Source: Eledone cirrhosa (taxonomy: Eukaryota). From it: a DNA stretch of 64,000 bases. Below the pieces are notes generated by a model, which was given only the letters and a program-made list of their open reading frames with translations, had not been told where the DNA came from and made no database searches. The translations under genes and the position numbers were made by a program. The stretch is from NCBI GenBank assembly GCA_964016885.1, contig OZ024742.1, positions 302,436,001 through 302,500,000 of the forward strand. Direction: 5' to 3'. Each line of letters opens with the position of its first letter. Positions within the stretch are counted from its first letter, which is position 1. Of the stretch, positions 42,901-55,801 are shown piece by piece.

Positions 42901-43386
42901 TTTGCACCCCCCGCTCCTATCAGATACTCCCACACAATCCCAGCGTGCTTCTAAGATGCCATTCCAATCCCCTATTAACAGTAAAGGGCGAGACGTAAGC
43001 AGAAAGTTTTCCAGGCGCCTAAAGAAGTCCGGCCGACCGGCCCCAGTAGGGGCGTAGACGGCCACCAGTCTAAAGGCACCACCTTCGCTATTGCTCACGT
43101 CCAGGACCACCAACTTTCCGTCAGGATCCCGGAAGATTGACCTTACCTCGAGATCCAGACATTTCCTAAACAGCACAGCCACTCCACCTCCCATTCCCGG
43201 CCGACTAACAGATGCAAAGATCTGATAATCGTCGAAAATCGGCGCCAGTGCGCGTGTGTCGGAAATTCTGGTCTCGCTGATGGCAATTACATCCATTCCT
43301 AGTGACCTGAGGTCGTTGAGCAAGTGACCTTGCTTCCAGGGCGACCCCAGGCCACGAACATTTAAACTTCCTACTCTTATGGCCAT
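39967..43386 (-). CDS. ORF2p: APE endonuclease + reverse transcriptase + C-terminal zinc-binding region, 1139 aa, uninterrupted
   Basis: EN motifs SLNVRG, SET, YAP, GDWN, IDR, SDH; RT motifs SPGLDG, RPITLLN, DQSKAFD, QGCPLS, YADD; C-terminal CQRC..ETVLHALVQC. Confidence 0.95.
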   Translation of the reverse strand: MAIRVGSLNVRGLGSPWKQGHLLNDLRSLGMDVIAISETRISDTRALAPIFDDYQIFASVSRPGMGGGVAVLFRKCLDLEVRSIFRDPDGKLVVLDVSNSEGGAFRLVAVYAPTGAGRPDFFRRLENFLLTSRPLLLIGDWNGILEARWDCVGVSDRSGGCKSLKYLISQFQLSDRYRLDFPNAPVWTWTNRIGSSRSYIDRIFIRKRDRNSVGCPHFKTVAYSDHKLVICMVDLDKTRRLGPSYWKLNMSFPARKAYRDRVNNLVKQKLTGGVVNNRWWGALKREIRATSIGFSKEVAIEKNRKEEGLIAKLDEAICSGIATDVLAARMALDHFFNAKHEGCIVRAKARALGNEGTKAARWARFAETQRGNKTTIRSLTDRDGHELSDSKQMCEAFRQHFARLFGRMGESETAADFSPYLDGLPRLSTADAERCEEPITSVEIQDALVGCSSRKSPGLDGLPYELYVNMPDLFSDLLEALYCNWQQNGSIPSSVSRGVVTLIRKDENKRDTLDNFRPITLLNTEFKILAKVLAKRLALVVKDLVGEAQTCAIPTRSIHDNLHLMRYIIERVGCKPGFGGALINLDQSKAFDRVDHRYLEAVLEAAGFGPVFRSWIAAMYSGICSVVKVNGHLSEPFQISRSVRQGCPLSSLLYVLTLEPLLRKLELLQGIPLEPGRRKAASAYADDITVMVSDTSEIEVIRTHLEEYERLTGAKLNPEKSVGLQLGTWRGKSMPSNSVVGRWTDGPVKLLGVWFGPDLQVDKNWDEVTSRIANLTQKWAERKLSLKGRAEVSNAYIASVIYYRLTVVPCPRPRLANLERLLFKFLWRGRVPLVRRSICCQHPLRGGLGLPWLMMRRHALRLRHLQIFCLNGEQVWSPFVRRAFPQLISLTELQSWVKKRPRLGDWHLECCQALTALCKVGNAVSGTSTQDFYRGLVEGKCDDVLGEALGVNEVELTSMFRRTFEPGTMDNFQKSLAWQCYRGALPVRDKLYRHGSAVRRTCQRCAQSDETVLHALVQCPCIADLWGYVEQLLSRVERIRLSSESIVKIDPPPSFGQEGQAIFLCLVAVAKEVAWWTRLKGLKTDTFLFGQSLINFFKFHLERKVRVEREVLPPSTFTERWVNVARMARVSGPTLIMRL

Positions 43387-43415
43387 GCTGGCAGGATGAA
43401 TGGGAGAGGAAAGGT

Positions 43416-45325
43416 TTACTTACCTTCCGGGGTCTTGTGAAGGTCGGGTGGTTCGACCTCCATGGTTTGTGGGGTTTCTTTTGGGAACCCCTTTAATAGT
43501 CTTGACGTGGGTTTTACGTTCGGGGTTCCCACATCCCGAGGAAAGCTCTTTCGAATTTCTTTGTATGAAGCGAGAGACATTCGCATCAGAAGCAAATTAT
43601 CTGGTACGCGAAATGTGCTCGCTTCAAATGTTTCCCCGTCTTTTTCGATGTTTGTGCTTCGTGCTACATGGGCCATCAATTCCTTGTTGGCCCTTCTGGC
43701 AAGCACGAAGTTTTTAATGTTTTGTTGCTTGGGTTTTATTTGTTCGTGTGATTGTGGTGGTGATAGCTTTGTTAGTGTTGTTTCTATTGTGTCTGCGTTT
43801 GTTGTGGGTGGGGTGTCTGTAGTTTCTGATGTTTGTGTGTCTATTTGTTCTTGTGTCTGTTTAGCTTGTTTGCGTTTGGGGGATTTTGGTGGTTGTGTTG
43901 GTGATGCTGTGGGGAAAATGTTTGTGTGGGTGGTGTGTGTATTTTTTTTTGTGGGGGTGTTTGTGCTTTGTGGATTTCTTTTTTTTTGTGTTTTGTTTTT
44001 TGTATTTTGGGGGACTTTGGTTTTCCCTCATCTTCACTGCTGGAGGATGAGGGGTCTGTGGCTGTGAGCGTGTTTGTGTCTGAGTGAGTGTTTATGTTCT
44101 TGTTCGTGTGTGTATTTTGGGGGGGAGGGGGAATGGGAGAGCTTTCCTCGTTTCCCCCCTGGGTGTGCAATTTTGGTGGTTCCATTGTTGACGGTGTTGC
44201 TGGTGGTCCTTGTCCCGGCGTCGCCAGCAGTGGAATCTTTCGACCCCTTGCGCTTTTCGGCAGTTGAGGGCAGAAGGCTCGCAAGTGTGTCGTTTCCCCA
44301 CAAAGGAAACAATGCGGCCTTTTGCCCTCAGTCATTATATGCAACACCCTCCCGTTTTGGAGGCGGATGTGGTCCGGGATTGCTTTTACGTTTTCGGGTC
44401 TGATTTGGAGCAGTATCTCCAGATCAACCCCGGACCAGTCGTCCCTAGCAGTTCTCGTTGCCTCTACCGGGACTGTATCCGTTCCTTCCACGATTACGCA
44501 ACCCAGGAGCCACCACATATCAAGTCCTGGTGGAATCCTGGGAATGCGCACACGTGCTATTCGTTTTCCCATGTGGGAGGGGTACATTATGACCTTGCTG
44601 GTTTTGCAAGGGGTCATTGAATGCTTCACAGCGAGGGCTTCAGACTTGAACAGCACCGAAACGGTGCCGTATTGCCTGCCCCTCTCTATGAAGTCTGTGT
44701 CCTCTCTGATGTGTTTCAGTGCGGCTTCTATATCAGCTTGGGCGATTATCGCTGCCCTCTTTGTCTCTACTGAGATGCATCTGAAATGCACCGTTCTTTT
44801 TTCCACTGCCTCAATGGCTTCTGCCGGGACAGTTAAGTTTGCCCAGGTCTGCTCTTGATTTATGATTTTCCAGGCCTGGGCCAACTTTTCCTCTCTGTTG
44901 GTTAAGTCGATGCTGTAGCATGGTCTCCTTTTAGCCGCTGCCACAGCAGCGAAGGTGTTCTTGTTGGTGTTGTCACTGTTGTTGTTCTTGTTGGTGTTGC
45001 TGCTGCTATTGCTGTTGTTGTTCTCCCCTGTGTCGTGGTTACCCTCTGTGCTGTTGGCCTTGTTGGTGCTGCTGCTGTCGCTACTATTACTCTCTGTGCT
45101 GTTCGTTTTATTGGTGCTCTCGCTATTACCACCTTCTGCGCTGTTCGGCTTGTTGGTGTTGGTGTTGTCGCTGTTACCACCTTCCGCGCCGCTCGGCCCG
45201 TTGGTGCTGGCATTGTCGCTGCTCACACTCGTGCTGGTGGCGCTCCTCGCCCCACCTCTCCTCTCAACGCTCAAGTCGCCGTTGCACGACAGCAGACCCG
45301 CCTCTAGGGGGCGTGGATCCGCCAT
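43416..45325 (-). CDS. ORF1p (gag-like, CCHC zinc knuckle), with one apparent frameshift
   Basis: The 494-aa ORF contains CFLCGETTHLRAFC (CX2CX4HX4C). A second open frame continues to a stop at 43416, 29 nt before ORF2. The shift lies between 43841 and 44034, probably in an A-run. Confidence 0.8.
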
Positions 45326-45536
45326 GTTTTTTTGAGAAAAAAAATTATTATTTTTCCAAAATAAAGTTCAAATATTTGGGCCAAAAGGCCCAAATATTAT
45401 GAGTTATTCCTTCACAGGATACAAATGAATGTCTTATAATGCTTCAGCGGTACAACAAAATAAACAATTCTCCACAATTAATCCTCAAAAAATTGCTTAC
45501 TCACGGAGCTTCAAAAAACGTACATCCACTTTCGTC

Positions 45537-45574
<38 letters not shown>

Positions 45575-45575
<1 letters not shown>

Positions 45576-45759
45576 TGTTTCTACTTTAGGCACAAGGCCA
45601 GCAAATACCCAGTTCATTACTGGTACTTTATTTTATCGACCCCGTAAGGATGAAAGGCAAAGTCAACCTCGGCGGGATTTGAACTCAGATCGTAAAGGGA
45701 CGTAACTATGCTGGAAAGCATGGCGTCCGACCCTCTACCGATACTGCCAATCCACCCCC

Positions 45760-45760
<1 letters not shown>
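45575..45760 (-). mobile_element. Family A SINE inserted in (AAT)n
   Basis: Near-identical to 836-1020; (AAT)n on both sides. Confidence 0.92.
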
Positions 45761-45799
<39 letters not shown>

Positions 45800-45801
<2 letters not shown>

Positions 45802-45905
45802 TTTCATTTATTAGCCACAAGGGCCGACATGTAGGGGACAATACAAAGACAGGGACAGTGGGGGTTTACAATAAGGTGGAGTAAAAGTGCACAATGGCAA
45901 GACTA
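45800..45905 (-). mobile_element. 5'-truncated Tx1 copy (3'UTR tip, element 1 type)
   Basis: Matches the 3' tip of element 1 (39715 onward); (AAT)n on both sides. Confidence 0.88.
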
Positions 45906-45947
<42 letters not shown>

Positions 45948-45949
<2 letters not shown>

Positions 45950-46329
45950 TTTCATTTATTAGCCACAAGGGCTGACATGTAGGGGACAATACAAAGACTG
46001 GGACAGTGGGGGTTTACAATAAGGTCGAGTAAAAGTGCACAATGGCAAGACTAATTTAACAATGAAAATATAAAATATAAAATAAACTATGCAAAATATA
46101 ATAAAATAAATTCCCCGATAGGGGGTGGACGACCCTGGGGTGATTCGGGTACCCCACCAATCCTGAACCACCCTGCGCTTCTAGGGCACCTAGGAGAGCA
46201 CCCCTCTCCTCAAGTTAGCTAGCCTATAGGCGCATGGTCAGAGTAGGCCCATTCACACGAGCCATTCTCGCCACATTCACCCACCTTTTAGCAAATGTAC
46301 TGGGGGGCAGCACTTCTCTCTCCACCCTC
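45948..46329 (-). mobile_element. 5'-truncated Tx1 copy (3'UTR + ORF2 tip, element 1 type)
   Basis: Aligns by eye to 39715-40072; (AAT)n on both sides. Confidence 0.9.
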
Positions 46330-46364
<35 letters not shown>

Positions 46365-46681
46365 GAAGAAGAAGAAGACAGTTATTAGTATGACGTTGAG
46401 AAGAAGTGTGAAAGGTAATTCTTGTGGTTTCGGACGAAGCCCTTCTTACTAAACATTGATTGGGAATAAAGGAAGGACAGCTATAGAAGGTAAAATGAAA
46501 GATAAACAAGTTAGTGTTTATAAAGTATGGTGAGGTAGCTTACATGATAGCGAATGAAAGACCAAAAGTAGGAGATAGCTAATCTTGTATTCAAAGACAG
46601 GATAGCGAATAGTAGAGGAGTATTGTGTCTTAGTGCGCGTGTGTATGATTGTATGTATGTGTGTGTGTGTGTAATTTAATT

Positions 46682-47020
46682 AGGCGCATTATGGCTGAAT
46701 GGTTAAAAAGTTCGCTTCGCAATCATTAGGTCTCAAGTTTGATCCTACTGCAAGGCGTCATTCACTATATCCTCGGCTCAACGAATGCTCTGTGAGTGAA
46801 ACTCAGTATAAAATGCCCGCCGGATTGACTGCATCTGTTATTCAAAGAGCCAAGCTTGTCAAACATTGTATTGCGTTGAATCTCCCTGAGAGTTACGTTA
46901 AGGCTACCTGTGTATGTGGAATGCCCCCCCCCCCCCCCCGCCATTTACACGTTAATTCCACGAGCAGCTTGTTTTGTTGGTCGAACAACTGGAACACTCA
47001 TCATTGTCATCGATGGAGTT
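46682..47020 (+). mobile_element. tRNA-derived SINE (family B)
   Basis: tRNA-like head TGGCTGAATGGTT...GTTTGATCC; body shared with 51765-52070 (+) and 51240-51500 (-). Confidence 0.65.
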
Positions 47021-47024
47021 CGAT

Positions 47025-47230
47025 TTCTTCCATTACATCAATTGTCAAGTCAAGAGTACTCAAACTATACGGCCATATAAAAAGATCAACTCGTGGTGTG
47101 AGTAGGTTATGCCTGGAAGGAAGGTTTGCTGATGTAAGAGAAGCAGAGGCCGGCAGCCAAAACGATGGCTTGACAATGTCAACTTATGGACTGGACTTTG
47201 AACTCTGCTGCTGGTGATCGAACTTTGTGG
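47025..47230 (+). mobile_element. 3' fragment of an RTE/BovB-like LINE
   Basis: IVKSRVLKLYGHIKR...CLEG, then after a frameshift KRSRGRQPKRWLDNVNLWTGL. Confidence 0.7.
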
Positions 47231-47799
47231 GGAGAAATATCACATGTTGATGCGCAGTCTGCAACTGGCGGAGTTTAGCGTCACAAGGAGATGTCCTCCG
47301 CATTGTTCTTACTAGTGCATAATGCTTCATCTGATTATAATATCCAGAGGATATTCTCTAACAATAGGCACTGGTGTGCTTAATGCGTTCATTTTTAGTT
47401 TTCCATGGCCTATATTTATTGTTAGTTGATATGTATCGAAGATATCTTTAAAGACATCTTTAAAGGTTCAAATGTAATAGAAATCCAACGAACATTACAT
47501 TAGGATCAACGACACACTGAAAGGAAGGTGAAACTGAACGAGCGACGGCATCCTCCTAGACCAAGGTGTGTGCAACATATTCCATTGGTGGGCCACTTTT
47601 GAACATTGGAACAACTATTAGGGCCAGTCACTGTCAAAGATATGTAATCTAATGAAAACCACAACTTCTTTTCATAACATGGAGCTGGGAAATTATAACA
47701 CACATAACGATATCAGTGAAGCCCTTTAGTATAGGTCAACTAACAGAAAATTATATTACGGTTATGAACATTTTTTTTAAATAAGTCTACAAGGTAAAA

Positions 47800-47885
47800 A
47801 TTAAAAACGGTCATCGCGGGCCACTCTGACTGGTCTGGAGGGCCGGATTGTGGCCCGCGGGCCGCCTGTTGCACGCCCGTCCTAG
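47800..47885. mobile_element. One end of a hAT/Charlie-like element
   Basis: GCGGGCC...GAGGGCCGGATTGTGGCCCGCGGGCCGCC subterminal motif, as in the 30097 MITE; partner end not found. Confidence 0.5.
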
Positions 47886-48269
47886 ATTGTAGCACAACAT
47901 ATACCAAAGCTATTCCATAACAAATTGTGATTGTCCAACCATGTCATACTCTTCTTAGAATGTAGTAGAGCATATACAAGGAGAAGAAGAAGAAGAAGAA
48001 GAAAAGGGGGAGGAGGAGGAGGAGGAGGAGGAGGAGGAAGAGGAAGAAGAAGAAGAAGAAGAAGAAGAAGAAGAAGAAGAAGAAGAAGAAGAAGAAGAAG
48101 AAGAAGACCGGGATTGTACAGTCATGTCCGCCATTGACGGCAATCTAGACAGAATACAATATCCAGAATGGAGCTGGTACTGACGACATGATGTGTAGAA
48201 GTTACTTGGTTGGTATGTTTTACTCCTGGATTACATTAAGGTGACTTTCAAGGGCAGATATACACTATC

Positions 48270-48440
48270 TTAATCAGTGATGCGGACTTTCATCATCGTG
48301 TTGTTAAATTTCTGAACTAAAATATCGAATGACCACGGTCCGTTAACTTCTGCATATAATACAAATATTTTTAACATGTCGGCCGCTTCTGATGCTTTCA
48401 ATAAAAGAACGTATCTTTCGTTTGGAGATTACATAAGTCA
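48270..48440 (-). mobile_element. Possible decayed mariner transposase N-terminus
   Basis: Frameshifted minus-strand peptides SKRKIRSFI, KASEAA, KNIC, QKFNN..DES resemble the mariner HTH region. Confidence 0.4.
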
Positions 48441-48789
48441 ATAATTTGATTAAAAATATTGCAACATAAACTATACATACGTATGTTCATACATCAGGTT
48501 TTTAGCGTTTCTACTTTCTCTGATGTTTTGTTTTTGATATCAAGTCCTCGTGTATGAACTTTTGAAGGAGCACATCTATTGTTATAGTTTTATTATTGTG
48601 TTAGTTTGGGTTTTTCAATGTGACTTGGAAAGAGATGAATGGAAGTTTTTATTTCATATTTGGTGTCCAAGTTCATTAGCTATCCTACTGATGTTTTTAT
48701 CTTCTTCACAAAATATATCAAGATATTTGCTGAGCTTTTTTCTTTGATAGGAATGTAGCTTCAGTGTAATCGTTTGGCTCTCATATCCT

Positions 48790-49006
48790 GGTTATATTAT
48801 GTATGTATGTATGTATGTATGTATGTATGTATGTATGTATGTATGTATGTATGTATGTATGTATGTATGTATGTATGTATGTATGTATGTATGTGTGTAT
48901 GTATGTTCGTTTGGTTGATTCTATCTGTGTATATTTGCGTGTGTGAATGTATATACAGCGACAAACACATATGCACGCATATATATACATACACACTTAT
49001 ATATAC

Positions 49007-49093
<87 letters not shown>

Positions 49094-49204
49094 TGTATGT
49101 ATGCACTCATACTCCCCACAAACCTCCATTCACACACACACATCTGAACATAGAAAAATACACCTACACAAGACATGCATTTACGTATATATAAATACCA
49201 TATA

Positions 49205-49255
<51 letters not shown>

Positions 49256-49476
49256 GTAAATGCATGTCTTGTGTAGGTGTATTTTTCTATGTTCACATGT
49301 GTGTGTGTGAATGGAGGTTTGTGGGGAGTATGAGTTATGAGTGCATACATACATGCATATATATATATATACACATATATGTATATATAAGCGTGTATGT
49401 ATATATATGCGTGCATATGTGTTTGTTGGTGTATATACATTCACACACGCAAATATATGTATGTATGTATATACAT

Positions 49477-49532
<56 letters not shown>

Positions 49533-49563
49533 GTATATATATACATACATATATATTTATATA

Positions 49564-49615
<52 letters not shown>

Positions 49616-49979
49616 AACACATACACACACACACATATATATATATATATGTTTTTGTGTGGCATGAATATAAGTATATATAGGTATGTATGTGTATATA
49701 TATATATTGCAGTAACTGGAAATCATGTGATAGATACTATATCTAAAACTAACAGACGATATTTGGAACAAAATGTTAAAATGTTCTCTATTAAATTACC
49801 AGTAATGTTAAACTTTAAAATATGTAGAGAACATAGCTCGGATAAAAATAAACAATATCAGCAAAAATCGAAAAAAAACCCCTCAATAATTCTATTAGGA
49901 ATAAGTCAAAATTAGAAATGATATTACTGTTTCAGGGCTGTATATATACGTATATATGTACATAGATAAACACGTATAT

Positions 49980-50043
<64 letters not shown>

Positions 50044-50073
50044 ACATAGATATAGATATATAAATGTATGTAC

Positions 50074-50138
<65 letters not shown>

Positions 50139-50212
50139 TGTCTCTATCTATATATATTGTATATACATATATATATATATAAATACATACATACGTATAT
50201 ATATATATATAC

Positions 50213-50289
<77 letters not shown>

Positions 50290-50375
50290 ATATGTATGTA
50301 TTACCTATATATATTGTATATATATGCATACATAATTACATACAAGTGTAATGTTTGCATATATATAAATATATA

Positions 50376-50408
<33 letters not shown>

Positions 50409-50500
50409 TTATATAAATAAATATACACACGTGCACACACACACGTGCCCGCACACACACACACACTGACATACGCATAAAGACACCTTTTATACACATA
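48790..50500. repeat. (TATG)n/(TA)n microsatellite field containing an inverted duplication
   Basis: Directly visible. Confidence 0.9.
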
Positions 50501-50717
50501 TATAGTAGATTATATATCGTTTATCTATACATATATGCTAACATACATCAATACATCGATGCACACACACAACCCCCACCCCACATACATGCAGGATCCC
50601 TCACGTTCACGGTTATATATGGAAGTGTGCATTGCAATATTTTGTTCACTCCTCTGCATGCGGATATATTTAAACTCTCAATCACATCTATTTACTAACA
50701 CTACCTCTCTATCAAAG

Positions 50718-51045
50718 AAGGCGGTGAATTGGCAGAGTCGTTGGAACATCGGGCAGAATGCTTTATGTATTCATTCCGGCTCTCTGAGTTCAAATCCCGC
50801 CGAGTTCAACTTTGCTTTTCATCCTTTTGGGGTCGATAAAAAAAGTACCAGTCTAGTACTGGGGTCTATTCTTCCTCTATATCTCTTTCTCATTTTCTCT
50901 CTCTCTCATTTTCTGTCTTTCTCGGGAAGAAATCTGCTGTACTCAGGCCTGGAGAGGGGTGGGCTCCACCAGGCTTAAAATGCCCAAGAAATGCCGTATG
51001 TCAACACGGTACCCCTATGACTCTACCAGGAGTTACGAGACCACA
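50718..51045 (+). mobile_element. SINE with family A head and alternative tail (second copy)
   Basis: GGCGGTGAATTGGCAGAGTCG head and B-box; tail homologous to 34270-34455. Confidence 0.78.
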
Positions 51046-51239
51046 TCATACCTCTTTCAAACATATCAATTCATACACACACACAAGCGCGTTGACTCAC
51101 ACTCCCTCGCACATACATGCTCTCTCTCTCACACACACACGTTCACACACACACACACACTCACACACTCTTTCTCCCTCTATCTCACACACAGAGACAT
51201 ATTAAGTCACACATATTGACTCGTACTCACAAACACTGA

Positions 51240-52070
51240 TCGATCGATGGAGCTCCGTCGGTTTCGACGAAGAGAGTTTTACTTGTTCAATCAACAGGAC
51301 AGGTTGCTCTTGAAGTTAACGTGTAAATGGCTGAACAGACCACACGTAGAGAGAGAGGAACGTGTACCCATAATGTAATTCTTAGGGAGATCCTGCTAGC
51401 CTTTTTAATTACAGGTACAGTCCATCAGACGGTTTTCGAAACTCTACCCGTCCACCCAATCTCACTTACAAGACTTGAGGCTATGGTAGACGATAATCAT
51501 TCAAAATGCCACGAAGTATGATCAAACCCGAGATTATTGCAAACTTCTAACTAGTAGGACATGTTGCTTCCTCTAAACACTAATATACAGACAGCGAACC
51601 CTCTGAAGGATCGGTTGACCTACCAGAGATAGCAGTCTATTCTCCTTCGAATCAATCATGATAAGACAACTCTTGGGATAATTTACGACTGAGACGCTTT
51701 TGGTTATAGGTCTGTGTGATCAGAGATGGCTCGATGTTAAATAACATCCCACACATACGATATGTGAGGGCTCGTGGCTTAGAGATGTGAGTATTCCGTT
51801 CATGATCGTAAAGTCATGAGTTAAATTTCCAGCGGTGCGTTTTACCCATGAGAATTACACATTATTTCACGTTAATTCCCTCCACACAGCTGGGAATAAT
51901 GAGTTGCATATGTAATTCAAAGAACCAGACTTGTCACATTCGTTGAGAATTATGTTAAGGATACGCGTGCTTGTGGAATGATCAGCCACTTTCATGTTAA
52001 TATAACGAGGAGACTGTTCTGTTGATCGAATCAACTGGAACACCCATCGTCGGAACGGGTGGAGGTCCAA
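51240..52070. mobile_element. Cluster of old family B SINE pieces (51240-51500 minus, 51765-52070 plus)
   Basis: Similarity to 46682-47020. Confidence 0.55.
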
Positions 52071-53195
52071 CAAACACACAGACACATCTGTTTATGGTAT
52101 ATACGAATGAGTAGTAAAGAAGTAAGGTAGCAAATTGGTAGAATCGTTAGAACCTAGGACAACATCTGGGTATTTATCCCTGTTTTTCTGAGTTTATATT
52201 CGGCCTGGAAGACTTATGTCTTTTAGTACGGAGCGGTGGATTGCCAAATTTGTTAGAAGGTCGAAGCGGATATCTTTAGCAAAGTCCACCCTGTCGGAAG
52301 TCGGGATATCTTTAGCAGAGTTTATCCTCATGCAAGTTTTCACGACTTCTCTTTGAGGATAATGTCTTCAATTTCCCCCACTAGCCTCAGATGCCCCCAA
52401 AGCGCCGTAGGTGGACCTTCCCTCCACTGACAAAGCCAGTAAAACTTTATTAGAAGGGATGTGTATAAAATAGGTAGAAACTAAATTCTAAGTGCTTACT
52501 AATGTGTCCGAACACGGAAGAGCCGAACTCCCACTGTCATCACCTCCATCTCTCTCGCCATCCGCATCTCTCTGTGTTATGAGCAAATGGGGTCCTACGT
52601 GCTGGCTGCACCACAGCCTCGGCGGACAGAATGGAGAAGGCGTTTCCCCGGAGGATGGTAAGGGAGATGCGATAGAAGAGCCATTCCATCTCACGAGGCT
52701 AACACCTGCGGCTGACCAACTGACAGAATGGTGAGGACTTCGGATAAAAGTCTTCCAGTATTTGTTCTGGCTCTTTGCATTCTGAATTTCACTCACAAGT
52801 CATTGGTCAACCCAAGAATATGGTAAATGACACTTTCCCAAAATTGCCAGTAACTAGATCCTTCCTTAGTTGAGCCATTGAAAAAGAACGACGTAACAAT
52901 GTTCCTATGTTCAGATATTCACTTGATCGCATTCAGAGAGATGAAGGGAAACATTTCCACTAGCAGAATTTGAACGTGGAACTGAGCAAGACGAAACAAA
53001 ATGCTGCCATATATTTAGTTGGCTTATACTTTATGTTTTTTTTTGTCAACAAACAACTCTAAATATCTATTAGAAATCTTAGGAATATAAATTGAAAATA
53101 TATCTTTGAAGTAATTGAAATAAAATTCAATATGAAAAGGGATTTATGACCTTTTATATATACATTCATATATACATCGATATGTACATATAAAT

Positions 53196-53311
<116 letters not shown>

Positions 53312-53314
53312 TTG

Positions 53315-53346
<32 letters not shown>

Positions 53347-53379
53347 TTGATATATATATACACACACACAGACACACAG

Positions 53380-53454
<75 letters not shown>

Positions 53455-54639
53455 CATATTTATACATTTATGACCTTTTAAATCGGTGAATGATATAATT
53501 TTTCAGTTGAAAACAAAAACCATAATGTCTAATACTATACATGTAGGCTTCTAATATTATACAGTTAAACCCCTAATGCTACACAGGTAAGCCTCTATTT
53601 AGAAAGAAAGAAAGTAGGTGTAATTCCAATGGAGGTTTAAAACGGATTTTTATGATTAAAAAAAAAAGGTCTTCGTATAGAGAAAAACCAGCAGGAAATG
53701 CTTCATATATGTGAGAGAAAATGAAGATTGACAACATAAAGAGAAATTCTAAGAGGTGCTCATAGAATATATGATGTATAAACGACGTATCAAATTCTTA
53801 TGTGAATAGAACGAGAACATTCGAAATACAGCTAATGAATTTGTGTAGAAATTGTGAAAATAAAGTCTTTTAATGAGGTCTTTTAGACTGAAAAGCGTAT
53901 TTAAGAGCCACACACTTAGCCATTTCATAATTTCACGTTCATTTTGTTGCTATTGTCTGCGACAATGGAATTTGTTTCAATATTCAGACTGATTCCAACA
54001 TACATAAACAGGAGTGTGCAACATTTCAAAGAACAAGCTTTCATAAACCCTCACTTCAGTGCGTATGTGTTTGTGTGTGTATGTGTTTTGTATGTCGATT
54101 TGTAATATAAGTACAGCGAAATATACACACACATACACAAACAATAATACAATAATACAATTATATATATATATATATATATATACATATATATATACAT
54201 ATATATGTATCTATATTTGTGTATGTATGTATATATATATATATATATATATATACATACACAAACATAGATACATCCACACACAAACATAGATACATCC
54301 ACACACAAACATACATACTCACACACATACACACATATATATGTGTGTGTGTGTTCGGGCACAGTTCAAGATTAAAATATTCTGGGGAACAACACAATCT
54401 TTATACGTAGATAGATTAAATATTTATTGAAATTTCTCTAGAATTTAAACTGAAGTTCCAAGTATTTGCCACGATTTCAGGGAAGAAAAAGAGACTGTGT
54501 AAACACGATACCACACTTTTTAATAGACCAGGGTACCCGTGTATTAGGACGTCAGATAAATTAATGGAATGGACATCCGTCGTTTTCAACGATAAATGTT
54601 CCAGTTGTACGCCAAACATGAAATTAACGTGTAAGATAA

Positions 54640-54910
54640 TTGTTTCTAATTTTGGCACAAGGTCAGCAATTATCCAAGTGCATTACTGCTACTTTATTTT
54701 ATCTACCCCGCAAGGAGGAACGGCAAAGTTAACCTCGGCGGGATTTGAACTCAGAACATAAAGGGCCATAACTCTATGCTACAAAGCATGGTGTCCAACG
54801 TTCTTAAGATAATTGTTTCTACTTTAGGCACAAGGCCAGCAATTACCCAGTGCATTACTGGTACTTTATTTTATCGACCCCGTAAGGATGAAAGGCAAAG
54901 TCAACCTCGT
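54640..54910 (-). mobile_element. Two tandem family A SINEs, the second truncated
   Basis: The second copy is bracketed by the direct repeat GTTCTTAAGATAAT (~54800 and ~54909). Confidence 0.85.
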
Positions 54911-54982
54911 TCTTAAGATAATGAGAGAGAAAAAGCGCGAGAAAGAGAGATGGATATATATATATAGAGAGCGAGAGAGAGG

Positions 54983-55055
<73 letters not shown>

Positions 55056-55412
55056 TGTGTGAGAGAGAGAGAGAGACAGGAGAAGGGATTAAGAATTAGG
55101 AGGCGGAAAAGAGAGAGAAACAACCTACTCATGAAATTAACGTGTAAGAGGTTCAGTATTCTACAGACAAGTATATACTGAACGTAATCCACGTGGAGCT
55201 GCAGCCTTACACAATATGTGATACGACTGACCCGTTAAATTACAGATACACTCCATCCGATGGGCTTCCAAGAGTTTTCGCCTTCTGAATCTCACACACG
55301 AGCCATGAGTTGATCCAGGCTATGCAGTGAGATCAAATTCAGGACTTAAAGATTGAGAGTTGACCAGGTCAATTCTGATGAATGAACTCGTGTTCTACAT
55401 AAATAAATTCCA

Positions 55413-55470
<58 letters not shown>

Positions 55471-55503
55471 TCTCTCTCTCTCTCCCTCTCCCTCTCTCTC
55501 TCT

Positions 55504-55567
<64 letters not shown>

Positions 55568-55595
55568 ATATATATATGTATCGAAAACCTTGCAA

Positions 55596-55720
<125 letters not shown>

Positions 55721-55801
55721 GGTAAACAGAAATAACAACACAACCGGTACAGTATATGGTAGGAATATATTAGGTTAACGCTTGAAATAGCAGGAAGAGG
55801 G

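Larger units (their letters stand above)
39715..45536 (-). mobile_element. Full-length Tx1/L1-clade non-LTR retrotransposon (element 1)
   Basis: ~210-bp 5'UTR, ORF1, ORF2, ~250-bp 3'UTR with AATAAA, then an (ATT)n tail. (ATT)n also lies immediately upstream. Confidence 0.93.

Noticed and set aside
40164-45335. Plus-strand ORFs antisense to the Tx1 element
   Set aside because: Shadow frames of ORF1/ORF2 without independent motifs.
46420-46455. Fourth hammerhead-like motif (GGGC-UUC-GUCC-GAAAC on the minus strand)
   Set aside because: The CUGANGA core and stems I and III are not recognisable; at most a decayed remnant.
52270-52796. GC-richer unique segment with 80-102-aa ORFs
   Set aside because: No recognisable motifs or splice pattern; probably an unidentified repeat fragment.
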